Assembly: GCA_964016885.1 (NCBI GenBank)
Contig: OZ024740.1
Coordinates: 27,218,001-27,282,000, forward strand
Reading direction: 5' to 3'
Length of the DNA stretch: 64,000 nt
DNA from: Eledone cirrhosa
Taxonomy: Eukaryota
Made by a program: the position numbers and the translations under genes. Under the pieces are notes generated by a model, which was given only the letters and a program-made list of their open reading frames with translations, was not told the DNA's origin and made no database searches. Each line of letters opens with the position of its first letter. Positions within the stretch are counted from its first letter, which is position 1. Positions 39,901 to 51,569 of this stretch are shown in pieces.

Positions 39901-40398
39901 TCTCTGGCCTGGCAGTGCTACCGAGGAGCCTTGCCAGTTCGGGATAAACTCTACAGGCATGGAGGTGCCGTCAGCCGGGCATGTCCGAGATGCGCGCAGG
40001 GCGACGAAACCGTCCTGCACGCACTCGTCCAGTGTCCGAAAATTGCTGACTTGTGGGTTTATGTCGAACACCTGCTGTCGCGTTTAGGACGGATCCAGCT
40101 ATCATCTGAGTCTATCGTGAGGATTGCCCCGCCCTCCTCCTTTAGCCGGGAAGGGCAGGCAGTTTTTATCTGTCTGGTGGCCATGGCGAAAGAGATAGTA
40201 TGGTGGACACGTTTGAAAGGGCTGAAGACGAGCACTTACCTCTTCGGTGATGCTCTGATTGACTTTTTCAAATTTCATTTGAAAAGGAAAATCAGAGTAG
40301 AGAAGGAAGTGCTCTCTTCCCAGCATTTTGTTGAAAGATGGGTGAGAGAAGCAAGAATGGCCCGAGTGAATGGGCCGACTCTGAGTATATATCTGTAA
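36979..40398 (+). CDS. LINE ORF2p: APE endonuclease, reverse transcriptase, C-terminal zinc finger
   Basis: 1139 aa with SINARGL, ISET, VYAP, GDWN, YLDR, TDH (APE); KSPGLDG, FRPITLLN, DQSKAFDRV, QGCPLS, YADD (RT); CPRC..ETVLHALVQC. Confidence 0.97.
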   Translation: MTSLRIGSINARGLGSSWKQGHLLNDLRSLNIDVVAISETRISEARAFAPIFGGYDVYASPSRPGSGGGVAVLFRRGLDLAIRAIFLDPEGKLVVLDVTSGDGQAFRLVAVYAPTGAGRPDFFRRLETFLGTSRSLVLVGDWNGILDARWDCVGLADRGGRCKSLTNLLRRFELSDRYRLDFPNVPMWTWTNRIGSSRSYLDRVFCREIDRSSIGCPQFKIVSYTDHKFVICVLDLDRLHRRGPGYWNLNASLPARKAYRDRISELVKRALTGAIVNNKWWFALKRAIRIESIRFSKALAIEKNRAEGELVRKLDEALSKGIATDVLAAKLALDQFFNAKHEGCVVRGRVRALRHEGTKAVQWARVAEARRGNKATIRSLVDHDGRMLLDPGQMCEAFQRHFAQLFGGSGGPGRGMDFSVYLDGLPRLSATEAKCCEKPITAAEVREAMTGCTRGKSPGLDGLPYELYVQMPDLFGGLLADVYCNWQQNGRIPSSVSRGAVALLRKDPNKGDNIDNFRPITLLNTEFKILAKVLAKRLALVVGGLVGEAQTCAIPDRSIHDNLHLMRYIVERVAREPGTGGSLINLDQSKAFDRVDHRYLAAVLRAAGFGPVFRGWIAAMHSDICSVVRVNGHLSEPFNIMRSVRQGCPLSSLLYVLTLEPLLHKLETLRGVPRELGCGRSVSAYADDVTVVVSNAKHIEAIGTTLREYEAVTGAMINQEKSVGLQLGTWRGRSMPSNSVVGRWTDGPVKLLGVWFGPDLQTDKNWDEVTSRVASLTQKWAERKLSLKGRAEVANAYIASVICYRLTVVPCPKPRLTALERLLFRFLWKGRAPMVRRSICCQHPLRGGLGMPWLMMRRHALRLRHLHLFLDGDQVWSPFARRVFPQLVSLTELQSWVKRRPRGSAWRLECLQALTALDQSGNVIGGNSTSAFYRGLVEGKSDDVLGETLGVDENQLANLFGRTFGPGPMDNFQKSLAWQCYRGALPVRDKLYRHGGAVSRACPRCAQGDETVLHALVQCPKIADLWVYVEHLLSRLGRIQLSSESIVRIAPPSSFSREGQAVFICLVAMAKEIVWWTRLKGLKTSTYLFGDALIDFFKFHLKRKIRVEKEVLSSQHFVERWVREARMARVNGPTLSIYL

Positions 40399-40658
40399 AC
40401 TAAAGGTGGAAAACTGGGAGAGGGCACTTGCCTTGGTGGTCAGGGTCATTGTGGCTTTTTACTGGGCTTTCTCCACAAATGTCCCTCCGAAGTCTCCCCC
40501 CTATTGGGGAATTTTTCATTGTTATTTTCATTGTTATTTTTGTTACATCCTCTGTTTTTGTTTTTTTACACGCAGAAATGCCCATTTGTACCGTCCTGCA
40601 TTGTCCTGCACTGTCCTTAATGTCTACTTTATGTAAACCCTTGTGGTTAATAAAGAAA

Positions 40659-40692
<34 letters not shown>

Positions 40693-40914
40693 GTATTATG
40701 ATCTATTTTTTACTCGTATTAAATTGTTTGTTTATTTTAATTATTGTACTTTGTTTTGTTTTTCTTGTTTGATTCCAATCAATATTCAAAGGATGTCATG
40801 TTATCGATTTTTCGGGTATGTTCTCAAACGTTTTGTCGATATTGCGGGGAGAGAAGATAAAACAAAATAATTTTAAAATTAAATTAAAATAATAAATGGA
40901 TCAACAATAAATAT

Positions 40915-41610
40915 TATAATTGTTGTTGTTTTGTGGCTTTATTGTTGTTAGTGTTGTTGATGTTGTTGTTTGGTTTTTATGTTATTGTTGGTGTTGTTGA
41001 TGTTGTTGAGTGGTTTATGTTGTTGGTGTTGTTGATGTTGTTATGTGGTTTTATTGTTGTTGGTGGTGTTATTAATGATGTTGTGCGGTTTATGTTGTTG
41101 TTGTGTGTTGTTATTGATGTGCGGTTTATGTTGTTGTTGTGTGTTTGTGTTTTTGTTTTCGAATGTTTTAATGTTTACTTTAAAATGACTAAGAGGAGCA
41201 AATAATGATGATTATAACAGATGGTGATGGTGGCGCTAGTGGTGTCGTGGGGTAGTTGTGATGGTGAAGTAGGATGGTGGTGGTGGAATGGTGGTGATGG
41301 TGAGATAGAGGGGTTGGGGTAATGGTGGGAGTAGAGGGGTTTGGGGTGCGATGGTGGTGGTAGTAGTGATTGCGGCGATGGTCGTGCAGGTGGTGGTGAC
41401 GATGGTTATAACGATGATGAAGATGATGCGGAGGACGAGGTGGACGTCGACTATGATGAAAACATAGTAGTAGTAGTAGTATTAGTAGTAGAAGAAGAAG
41501 AAGAAGAAGACGATGATGATAATGATGATGATGATGATGGTGATGATAGTGGTGGTGGTGGTGTCGTGGTGGTGGTGGTGGTGGTGTTGGTGATGGTGGT
41601 GGTAGTGATA
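40915..41610. repeat. Degenerate (GTT)/(GAT)/(GGT)/(GTA) trinucleotide low-complexity tract
   Basis: Direct inspection. Confidence 0.8.
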
Positions 41611-41724
41611 AACACAAATATGACAAGTATACTGTATTATCACTATTAACAACACCATCATCCCTATAAATACCCCCTATCATCATCGCTTACATGGTTA
41701 TTACCATCATCATCATCAACACCA

Positions 41725-41830
41725 TCCCGCCGAGGTTAACTTTGCCTTTCATCCTTACGGGGTCGATAAAATAAAGTACCAGTAATACACTGAGTAATTG
41801 CTGGCCTTGTGCCTAACGTAGAAACAATTA
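41725..41830 (+). mobile_element. 5'-truncated SINE (family A)
   Basis: TCCCGCCGAGGTTAACTTTGCCTTTCATCCTTACGGGGTCGATAAA...GTAGAAACAATTA. Confidence 0.8.
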
Positions 41831-41929
41831 TTTTCACTTATAGTTAATATAAGATAAGGCATGAAATAAAAAGGGAGATAGAGGTCAAGATGGGGTCAAT
41901 TTAAGATCAGTTGTAGATGATGTGACATG

Positions 41930-41960
<31 letters not shown>

Positions 41961-42002
41961 CTATATATATATGTATGTATGTATGTATGTATATATAAAT
42001 AA

Positions 42003-42060
<58 letters not shown>

Positions 42061-42097
42061 TATATATATATGTATGTATGTATGTATATATAAATAA

Positions 42098-42157
<60 letters not shown>

Positions 42158-42179
42158 TGACAAACGCACACACACGCAT

Positions 42180-42221
<42 letters not shown>

Positions 42222-42640
42222 GAGAGAGAGGGGGGAGAGATTGATAGATATACAGAAATAGAACTAGGAGATATTTGAGTTAGAGGAATGGTGTGAAAGT
42301 ACGGATTTTGTTCAGCTGTTTAGTGCGAGTGAGTGAGGGGGAGAGCGTGATACTCTTTACAATGTGAGGTAGAGAAAACCTAAGGCATAAACGAAGAAAT
42401 TATAATATAATTAAAACACATTAATTAATTGTACTACATGCCATTTGATGCTAATTTTGAAATGTAACTCATTTGTTTTCTACTAGTTGTTTTCATGTCT
42501 TTTTCAATGGAAAGAACTTGGTGGAAAGTCTACTCTCTTAACCCTTTCCGTATCCTATTTCCATTTAAAAAGTGCACGTGATTTTCAAATGATCAAGAAT
42601 TTAGAGTATTTATTATTTCTAAATTATTAAGCTGACATAA

Positions 42641-42850
42641 GGCGGTGGATTGACAGTATCGGTAGAGGGTCGGGCACTATGCTTTGACGCATAGAGTTAC
42701 GGCCCTTGCCATTATGAGTTCAAATCCCGCCGAGGTTAACTTTCCCTTTCATCCTTACGGGGTCGATAAAATAAAGTACCAGTAATGCACTGGGGCAGAT
42801 TTAATCGACCCCCCCCCCCAAAAGAATGATTGTGCCTATGTAGGAAACCA
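42641..42850 (+). mobile_element. tRNA-derived SINE (family A)
   Basis: GGCGGTGGATTGACAGTATCGGTAG...GAGTTCAAATCCCGCC plus the family core. Confidence 0.85.
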
Positions 42851-43002
42851 ATATTAAGCTAGCATGGAGAGCATGGGGAACATGGGGAATGTTCTTACAT
42901 AAAATTATGGGAGATTTTAGATAAATATAACTTACAAATGAATAAATATCATTCAAATATAGATCCAAGTACGGTTTGTGACGGTTTTGTATCTAAAAGA
43001 AC

Positions 43003-43642
43003 CGATCGACTTTCGTCAAATCGGGCCGAGCAAACAATGTTTTCATTGGTCTTTCCAATTGCTAATACTATCTATCTGTTGCAACTCCAGGTAGAAGGAG
43101 CAACGTGAAATAAAATGTCTAGTTCAAGGACATAACGGATCGCCCGGTCTGGGATCGAACGCACAACCTCACGATTGCGAACCAAATTCCCTAACCACTC
43201 AGCCACGCGCTTTCTTTGTATCTAAAAGGTTGATTAATTATAAAGAACCATATTAACGTTTTCACTGAAGGTTCATTGTAATTCAAATTCAAGCATTTGT
43301 TTCGTTTTGCTTATGATATTCGTCTAACGTATATATTTTGTTATCAAACATTCGTATACAACTCGGCGTCTTATACTTTATTTAGCACCATTAGCTGTTG
43401 TTGTTGATGTTGTTACAGTTCACACCTATGCAGGTTTAGCTGTCCTCCTCCAAGGTATATCTCGCTGGAGGTGTATTGGGTGATTTAATGATAAGAACCC
43501 CAGTCCTATCATCTTATTTCTACAGCTGAGTAAACTGGAGCAACGTGAAATAAAGTGTCTTGCTCAAAGAAACAACACATCACCCGGTCCGAGAATTGAA
43601 CTGCAAGCCCAATGCTCTAACCACTAAGCCATGCGCCTTCAC
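43003..43642 (-). mobile_element. Two SINE family B copies (43003-43212 and ~43420-43642)
   Basis: They match 2915-3128 and the reverse complement of 18293-18520. Confidence 0.8.
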
Positions 43643-44287
43643 AAGCACCATTAGTACCAACTTATAAGTAATCATTAAATTCATGGCTCATTTACTAATT
43701 TACATTTATCCAAGATTGACGTGATGAGTAAAGAGCACGTGAGGCAGATGAAAATAAGGATATATGATTGCAATTGATTATTAGAGAAAACAGCCTGATA
43801 ACGTCATGTGTTTTAGACCACTTTCGCCATCAATTTGTTCTAGCGGTATCATAGAGAAACAATCGACAATTGTTTCGGGGTTATTGCCCCTTGTCAAGAT
43901 TGTGTATCTCCTTTTCTGTTACACACTAGAATTCTTGAGAATATATAGTATTCTCTAAAATATACATTGGGTGATTACTCTAATTTGCATACGGAGCGAT
44001 TTTACGGCTGGTTTTGCCAAAAATGTTAGAACGAAAACAAAATATATATGAAAGTCTTCGGAAAAATGCAATTAACCTTGCACTGAATGTAAATAAATTA
44101 TCACAAACCCACAGAGTATTTCCCTGATAATTACTTACTTACTTACTTAATTAATTAATTAATATAATTACAGGAATCTAGACTGGGTTAGACGTCGACA
44201 TTAATATTATGTATTAAATTAAAATATGTTATTCCTTCCAGATGACTATATTTTTCATTTTGTGTGTTTTTCTCATTCAAAACTAAT

Positions 44288-44630
44288 TCATTCGGATCAT
44301 GTACGGGTTTTTCAAACAAATAATTGTTTCTACTTTAGGCACAAGGCCAGCAATTAGCCAGTGCATCACTGGTACTTTATTTTATCGACCCCGCAAGAAT
44401 GAAAGGCAAAGTCAACCTCGGCGGGATTTGAACTCAGATCGTAAAAGGACGTAACCATGCTTTCCAGCATAGTTACGTCCTTTTACGATCTGAGTTCAAA
44501 TCCCGCCGAGGTTGACTTTGCCTTTCATCTTCACGGGGTCAATAAACTAAAGTACCAGTGATGCATTGGATAATTGCTGGCCTTGTAGAAACACTTATTT
44601 GTTTGAAAAGCCCGTACATGATTGGAATAT
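44288..44630. repeat. Fold-back inverted duplication of a SINE A 3' portion plus its flank
   Basis: Centre GTAACCATGC-TTTCCA-GCATAGTTAC. The arms extend past the SINE end (CATGTACGGG..TTTTCAAACAAATAA). Confidence 0.85.
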
Positions 44631-45315
44631 ATGGCCATATGTAACGAAAAAAAAATAAAAACAGCTTTAATCGAGTAGATTAAACCTATAATAAAGAAAT
44701 ACCCTAGGACATTTTGTATTTTCAGAAATACATTATTCAATATGGTTAAAAAGTCCAGTTCGCTATCACACGGGTTGACACAAGGCTTGTGATGAAATCG
44801 TGTAGAAGGAAATTGTTTAAAAGACCTTCTATAATTGAAAGAACCAACCATGTCACACACTACACCACGCTATATCACCTCGAAAATAACGTTAAAAGTT
44901 CACACGAGTAGGCTGCTCTGTTGTCCAAACAAATCGAACACTCTTCACCGAGTCTCACCACGTTTTATCCCTCACCATTCCATCCAACATGTTTCTTTTT
45001 TAAGACCGTGGTATGAAGAAGAATTGGCTGCCATTTCTAGCATGTTCAGTGATACTCTTATCAACTCCTCTTATCTAACGATTCTTTCATCCTTCGCTTT
45101 AAATACTACAAGGTATTCTCCAGGCGTCACCCAGGGGTCTCTAGGAAATGTTTCTCTCTGTATATCCTTAAACACATACAAATCATAATCACCACCGTAT
45201 CTCATGGCTCTGATTTCCAACCCCACTGGGCCGTAATTTCACTTTCATTCATTTAAGGCCGATAACCGATAAAATTGGATTTATTACATCGACGAGAGTA
45301 CCTTCTACTTTGTAC

Positions 45316-45861
<546 letters not shown>

Positions 45862-46009
45862 ATGTACTGACAATATAGTGACGGAATTTGGGATCCGTCT
45901 GGTGAAATCACACCTCATTCCTTTACTAACCTTATAACATCGTCAACTCTCTTTTTCAACCCTCTCTAACATCTTACTCTCCCACACATTTCTCTATCAC
46001 CATTCCTCT

Positions 46010-46055
<46 letters not shown>

Positions 46056-46864
46056 TCTCTCCTACCCCCTCTTCCCCCTCTCTTTCTTGGTCCCTCTCTC
46101 TCTTAATTTCTAACAATCTATCAATTTCCCTCCCTCCTAATTTCACTACATTGGGCCACGCCATATTTGTGTCACTCCTATCCTGAAAGTCACATCTTTC
46201 TTTCCTTCTCGTTGTCTTTAATTTATGCTCTCTCTGTCTCCGGTACTGTCACTGCTTATTTTTCTCTCTTTTTCTCCATCTCTCTCTCCCTCAGTTCTTT
46301 TCTCTTGTTATTCTTAGTTTTTTCTCTACAGAGTTCTCTCTCTTACACTGGCCTCTCTCTCTCTCTCTCTCTCTCTCTCTATTTCTCTCTCTCTGTGTGC
46401 TTCCTATTTCTCTTACTCATACATTCTCTCCTTGTTTCTCCCTCTCTCTCTCAACTTAATCTGCCCCTAACCTCTCTCTCTATTCTCTCTCACTCCCTCT
46501 CTCTCTCTCTCGTTTCTTCTCTATCAATGTCTTTTACAAATTCTCTCTCTTTCTCTCTTGCTCACACTAAAACTTTATCCGTCTCTCTCTCTCTCTCTCT
46601 CTCTCTCACTTTCTCTATATCTCTCTCTCTATCTATCTATCTCAACCTGCTCCTATACTTCTGTCTATCGCTATTATCGTCTGCTCCCCCCCTCTCCTAC
46701 TTTATCTCTGTTTCCATCAGTCTGTATTACCTTATTCCTTAAACCCCTACTTCCTCCTATCCTCCCACCTTGCCTCATTCCAACTCTCCTTCTATCTCAT
46801 ACTTACCTTATACTTCCAGCTTTCTTAGCAATCCGTATTCTTCTCATTACCATCTCACACCTAT

Positions 46865-47780
46865 CTACACTCAACACCTTACTACCCACACTCAACACCT
46901 TACTATCCACACCAACACCTTACTACCCGCATCAACACCTTACTGCTCACACTCAACACCTTACTATCCACACCAACACCTTACTACCCACACTCAACAC
47001 CTTACTATCCACACCAACACCTTACTACCCACACTCAACACCTTACTGCCCACACTCAACACCTTACTATCCTCACCAACACCTTACTACCCACACTCAA
47101 CACCTTACTATCCACACCAACACCTTACTACCCACACTCAACACCTTATTGCCCACACTCAACACCTTACTATCCACACCAACACCTTACTACCCACATC
47201 AACACCTTACTGCCCACACTCAACACCTTACTATCCACACCAACACCTTATTACCCACATTAACACCTTACTACCCACACTCAACACCTTTCTATCCACA
47301 CCAACAGCTTACTACCCACATCAACACCTTACTACCCACACTCAACACCTTACTATCCACACCAACACCTTACTACCCTCATCAACACCTTACTTCCCTC
47401 ACTTAACACCTTACTACACACAATCAACGCCTTACTACCCACACTCAACACATCACTATCCACACCAACACCTTACTACACACACTGAACAACTTACTGC
47501 CCCCACACAACACCTTACTGCCCGCATCAACACCTTACTACTCTCACTCAACACCTTACGTCCCTCACTTAGTACATTACTAACCACACTCAACACCTTA
47601 CTACCTTCACTCACAACACCTTACTACCCACATTCAACATCTTACAACCCACACTCAACACGTACAACGCACATTCAACACCTTACTATCCACACCAGCA
47701 CGTTATTACCCACACTCAACACCTTACTACCCACACTCCCAGCACCTTATAACCCACAGTAAACACCTTACTACCTACAA
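46865..47780. repeat. ~20-21-bp minisatellite (CAACACCTTACTACCCACACT)
   Basis: Direct inspection. Confidence 0.9.
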
Positions 47781-47879
47781 TCACAACACACCCTACTTGC
47801 CACAGTCAAAACACCTTAAAACCCACAATCACAACTCCAATTGCTACCCACACTTCTATCTCTCAAACACTGAATAATA

Positions 47880-48610
47880 TCTACTCTTCCATCTCCCAAA
47901 ACAAACCTTACACCCCACTCTCCCATCTCCCACAACATATCTTACATTCCACTCTCCCACAACATACCTTACACTCCACTCTCCCACAACATAGTTACAC
48001 TCCACTTTCCCACAACATATATTACCCTCCAATCATCCATCTCCCACATCATTCTTTACACTCCAGTCTCCCATCTCTCACAACATACTTTACTCTTCAT
48101 TCTCCCATCTCCCACAACAAACCTTACACCCCACTCTCCCATCTCCCACAACATACTTTACACTCCACGCTTCCACAACATATCTTACACTCCATCCTCC
48201 AAAAGCATACCTTACACTCCAATCTCCCATCTCCCACAGCATACTTTACTCTCCATTCTCCCACATCGCACAACATACCTTACACTCCTCTCTCCCACAA
48301 CATTGTTACACTCCACATTCTGACAACATACATTACCCTCCACTCATCCATCTCCCACATCATACTTTACATTCCAGTCTCCCATCTCCCACTACATACC
48401 TTACTCTCCCATCTCCCATCTCCCATCTCCCATCTCCCACAACATAACTTACACTCCACTCTTGCATCTCCCACAACCTACCTTATTCACCACTCTCACA
48501 TCTCGCACAACATATTTACACTCCACTCTCCCACAACATATTTACACTCCACTCTCCCACAACATATATTACACTCCACTCTCCCACAATATACCTTACT
48601 CCCCACTCTC
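47880..48610. repeat. ~27-34-bp minisatellite (CTCCCACAACATACCTTACACTCCACT)
   Basis: Direct inspection. Confidence 0.85.
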
Positions 48611-48619
48611 TCGTCTCCC

Positions 48620-51090
48620 CTATCTATCCCCGCTCTACCCACTCTCTACACCCTCTCTACCACCTGTCTACCCCATATCTACCACCTCTCTACCACCTCT
48701 CTACCCGCTCTATACCACCACGTTGTGTCCCTCTCTGCCCCCTCACTACCCCCTCTCTACCACCACTTTCTGCCCGTCTCTACCCCTTCTCTAGCCCCTC
48801 TCTACGTCCCCTCTACCTCCTCTCCACCCCTCTCTACCCCTTTACCCCCTCTCTACACCTATCTCTACCCCCTTTCTAACCCTCTCTACCACTTCCCTAC
48901 CTCCTCTCTACCACCTATCTACCCCCTCTCTACCCCCTCTTTACCACATCTCTATCACCTCTTACCACCTCTCTACCACATCTCTACCCTACCCTCTCTA
49001 CCCCCCTGTCTACCACCTGTCTACCACCTCTCTACCACCTCTCTACCACCTCTCTATACCCTCTCTACCACATCTCTACCACATCTCTACCACATCTCTA
49101 CCACATCTCTAACACCTCTCTATCCCTCTCTACCACCTCTCTACCACATCTCTACCACCTCTCTACCACCTCTCTACCGCATTTCTACCACCTCTCTGCC
49201 ACCTCTCCGCCACCTCTCTACCACATCTCTACCACCTCTCTACCACCTCTCTACCGCATTTCTACCCCTTCTCTACTACCTCTCTGCCACCTCTCTATCC
49301 CTCTCTACCACCTCTCTACCACATCTCTAACACCTCTCTATCCCTCTCTACCACCTCTCTACCACCTCTCTACCACCTCTCTACCGCATTTCTACCCCTT
49401 CTCTACTACCTCTCTACCGCATTTCTACCCCTTCTCTACTACCTCTCTGCCACCTCTCTATCCCTCTCTACCACCTCTCTACCACATCTCTAACACCTCT
49501 CTATCCCTCTCTACCACCTCTCTACGACCTCTCTACCACATCTCTACCACCTCTCTACCACCTCTCTACCACTTCTCTACCGCATTTCTACCCCTTCTCT
49601 ACTACCTCTCTGCCACCTCTCTGCCACCTCTCTACCATATCTCTACCACCTCTCTACCACCTCTCTACCACCTCTCTACCACATCTCTATCCCCTCTCTA
49701 CCCCCTCTCTACCACATCTCTATCACCTCTTACCACCTCTCTACCACCTCTCTACCCCCTGTCTACCACCTGTCTACCACCTCTCTACCACCTCTCTACC
49801 ACCTCTCTATCCCTCTCTACCACCTCTCTACCACATCTCTACCACCTCTTTACCACCTCTCTGTCACCTCTCTACCACCTCTCTACCACCTCTCTACCAC
49901 ATCTCTACCACCTCTCTACCACCTCTCTACCACCTCTCTACCACCTCTCTACCACCTCTCTACCACCTCTCTGCCACCTCTCTGCCACCTCTCTGCCACC
50001 TCTCTGCCACCTCTCTACCATATCTCTACCACCTCTCTACCACCTCTCTACCACATCTCTACCACCTCTCTACCACCTCTCTACCACCTCTCTACCACCT
50101 CTCTACCGCATTTCTACCCCTTCTCTGCCACATCTCTACCATATCTCTACCACCTCTCTACCACCTCTCTACCACATCCCTACCCCCTCTCTACCCCCTC
50201 TCTACCCCCTCTCAACCACCTCTCTACCCCCTCTCTACCACCTCTCTGCCACCTCTATACAACCTCTCTACCATCTCTCTACCCCCTCTCTACCACCTCT
50301 CTGTCACCTTTCTACCACATCTCTACCACCTCTCTGTCACCTCTCTACTACCTCTCTGCCACCTCTCTACCACATCTCTACCACCTCTCTACCCCCTCTC
50401 TACCACCTCTCTGCCACCACTCTACCACCTCTCTACCACATTTCTACCTACTCTCTACCACATCTCTACCACATCTCTACCTCCCTTCTGCCACCTCTCT
50501 ACCACATTTCTACCTACTCTCTACCACATCTCTACCACATCTCTACCACCTCTCTACCACCTCTCTGTCACCTCTCTACCACCTCTCTACCACATCTCTA
50601 CCACCTCTCTACCACCTCTCTACCACCTCTCTAGCCCCTCTCTACCACCTCTCTACACCCTCTCTACCCACTTTTACCCCCACTCTACCCCCTCTCTAAC
50701 CCATATCTACCCAATCTCTACCCCTACTCGACCACCTCGCTGATTCCCTCTCTACTCCTTCTCTACCCCCTCTCTACCTCCTCTCTATCACCACGCTGTG
50801 CCCCTCTCTACCCCTTTCTCTACCATCACGCTGTGCCCCTCTCTACCCTTCTCTACCTCCTCTCTACAACCTATATACCCCCTCTCTACCCCCTCTCTAC
50901 CCCCTCTCTGCCACCTCGATGTCCCCTTCCCTATCCCCTCTCTACCCACTCTTTACCCCCATTCTAACCCCTCTCTACCCACTCTTACTCCCGATCTCCC
51001 CCCCCATTAACCCCCTTTCTACCCCTTTATCCTTCTCTACCCCCTCTCTACCACCTCTCAACCACCTCTCTAACCCCTCTCTACCACCTC
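48620..51090. repeat. 11-bp satellite (CTCTACCACCT)
   Basis: Direct inspection. Confidence 0.9.
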
Positions 51091-51279
51091 CCTATCTCCC
51101 TCTCCCTCTCTCTCATATATATCACCACATCTCCATTCTACATACATCAGTCGCCATCATTCATGTCCATCTTAATTCCTCCTCTTTATCTTCTTTCTTA
51201 GATTTCCTTCAACTTTCACCCTCAACCTATCAATCTGCTCTACTACTTCCTTGCTCCCCTTACTTTCTTCTACATTTTC

Positions 51280-51568
51280 TTCTTCGTTTTCTTCTTCTTC
51301 TTTTTTCTTCTTCTTCTTCTTCTTCTTCTTCTTCTTCTTCTTCTTCTTCTTCTTCTTCTTCTTCTTCTTCTTCTTCTTTTTCTTCTTCTTCTTTTTTCTG
51401 CTTCCTTTTCTTCTTTTTCTTCTACTTCATCCTCCACCTCCTCCTCCTTCCTCTTCTTAATATGCTTCTTCTTTTTCTTCTTCTTCATTCTACTCCACCC
51501 CTTCTCCACCTCTTCCTCCTTCTCCTTCTCCTACTTCTTCTTCTTTTCTTCTTCCTCCTCTTCTTCTT
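51280..51568. repeat. (CTT)n / polypyrimidine tract
   Basis: Direct inspection. Confidence 0.9.
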
Positions 51569-51569
51569 A

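Larger units (their letters stand above)
34659..40692 (+). mobile_element. Full-length Tx1-clade LINE, copy 2, apparently intact
   Basis: Begins directly after the (ATT)n of copy 1. Two intact ORFs, AATAAA, then (ATT)n at 40661-40692. Confidence 0.93.

Noticed and set aside
29116-40449. Antisense and alternative-frame ORFs repeated in both LINEs
   Set aside because: They are shadows of GC-richer coding sequence, and their recurrence reflects ORF2 nucleotide identity.
44960-45250. Coding-like minus-strand stretch (DYDLYVFKDIQRETFPRDPW...)
   Set aside because: It is interrupted by stops and I do not recognise the family.
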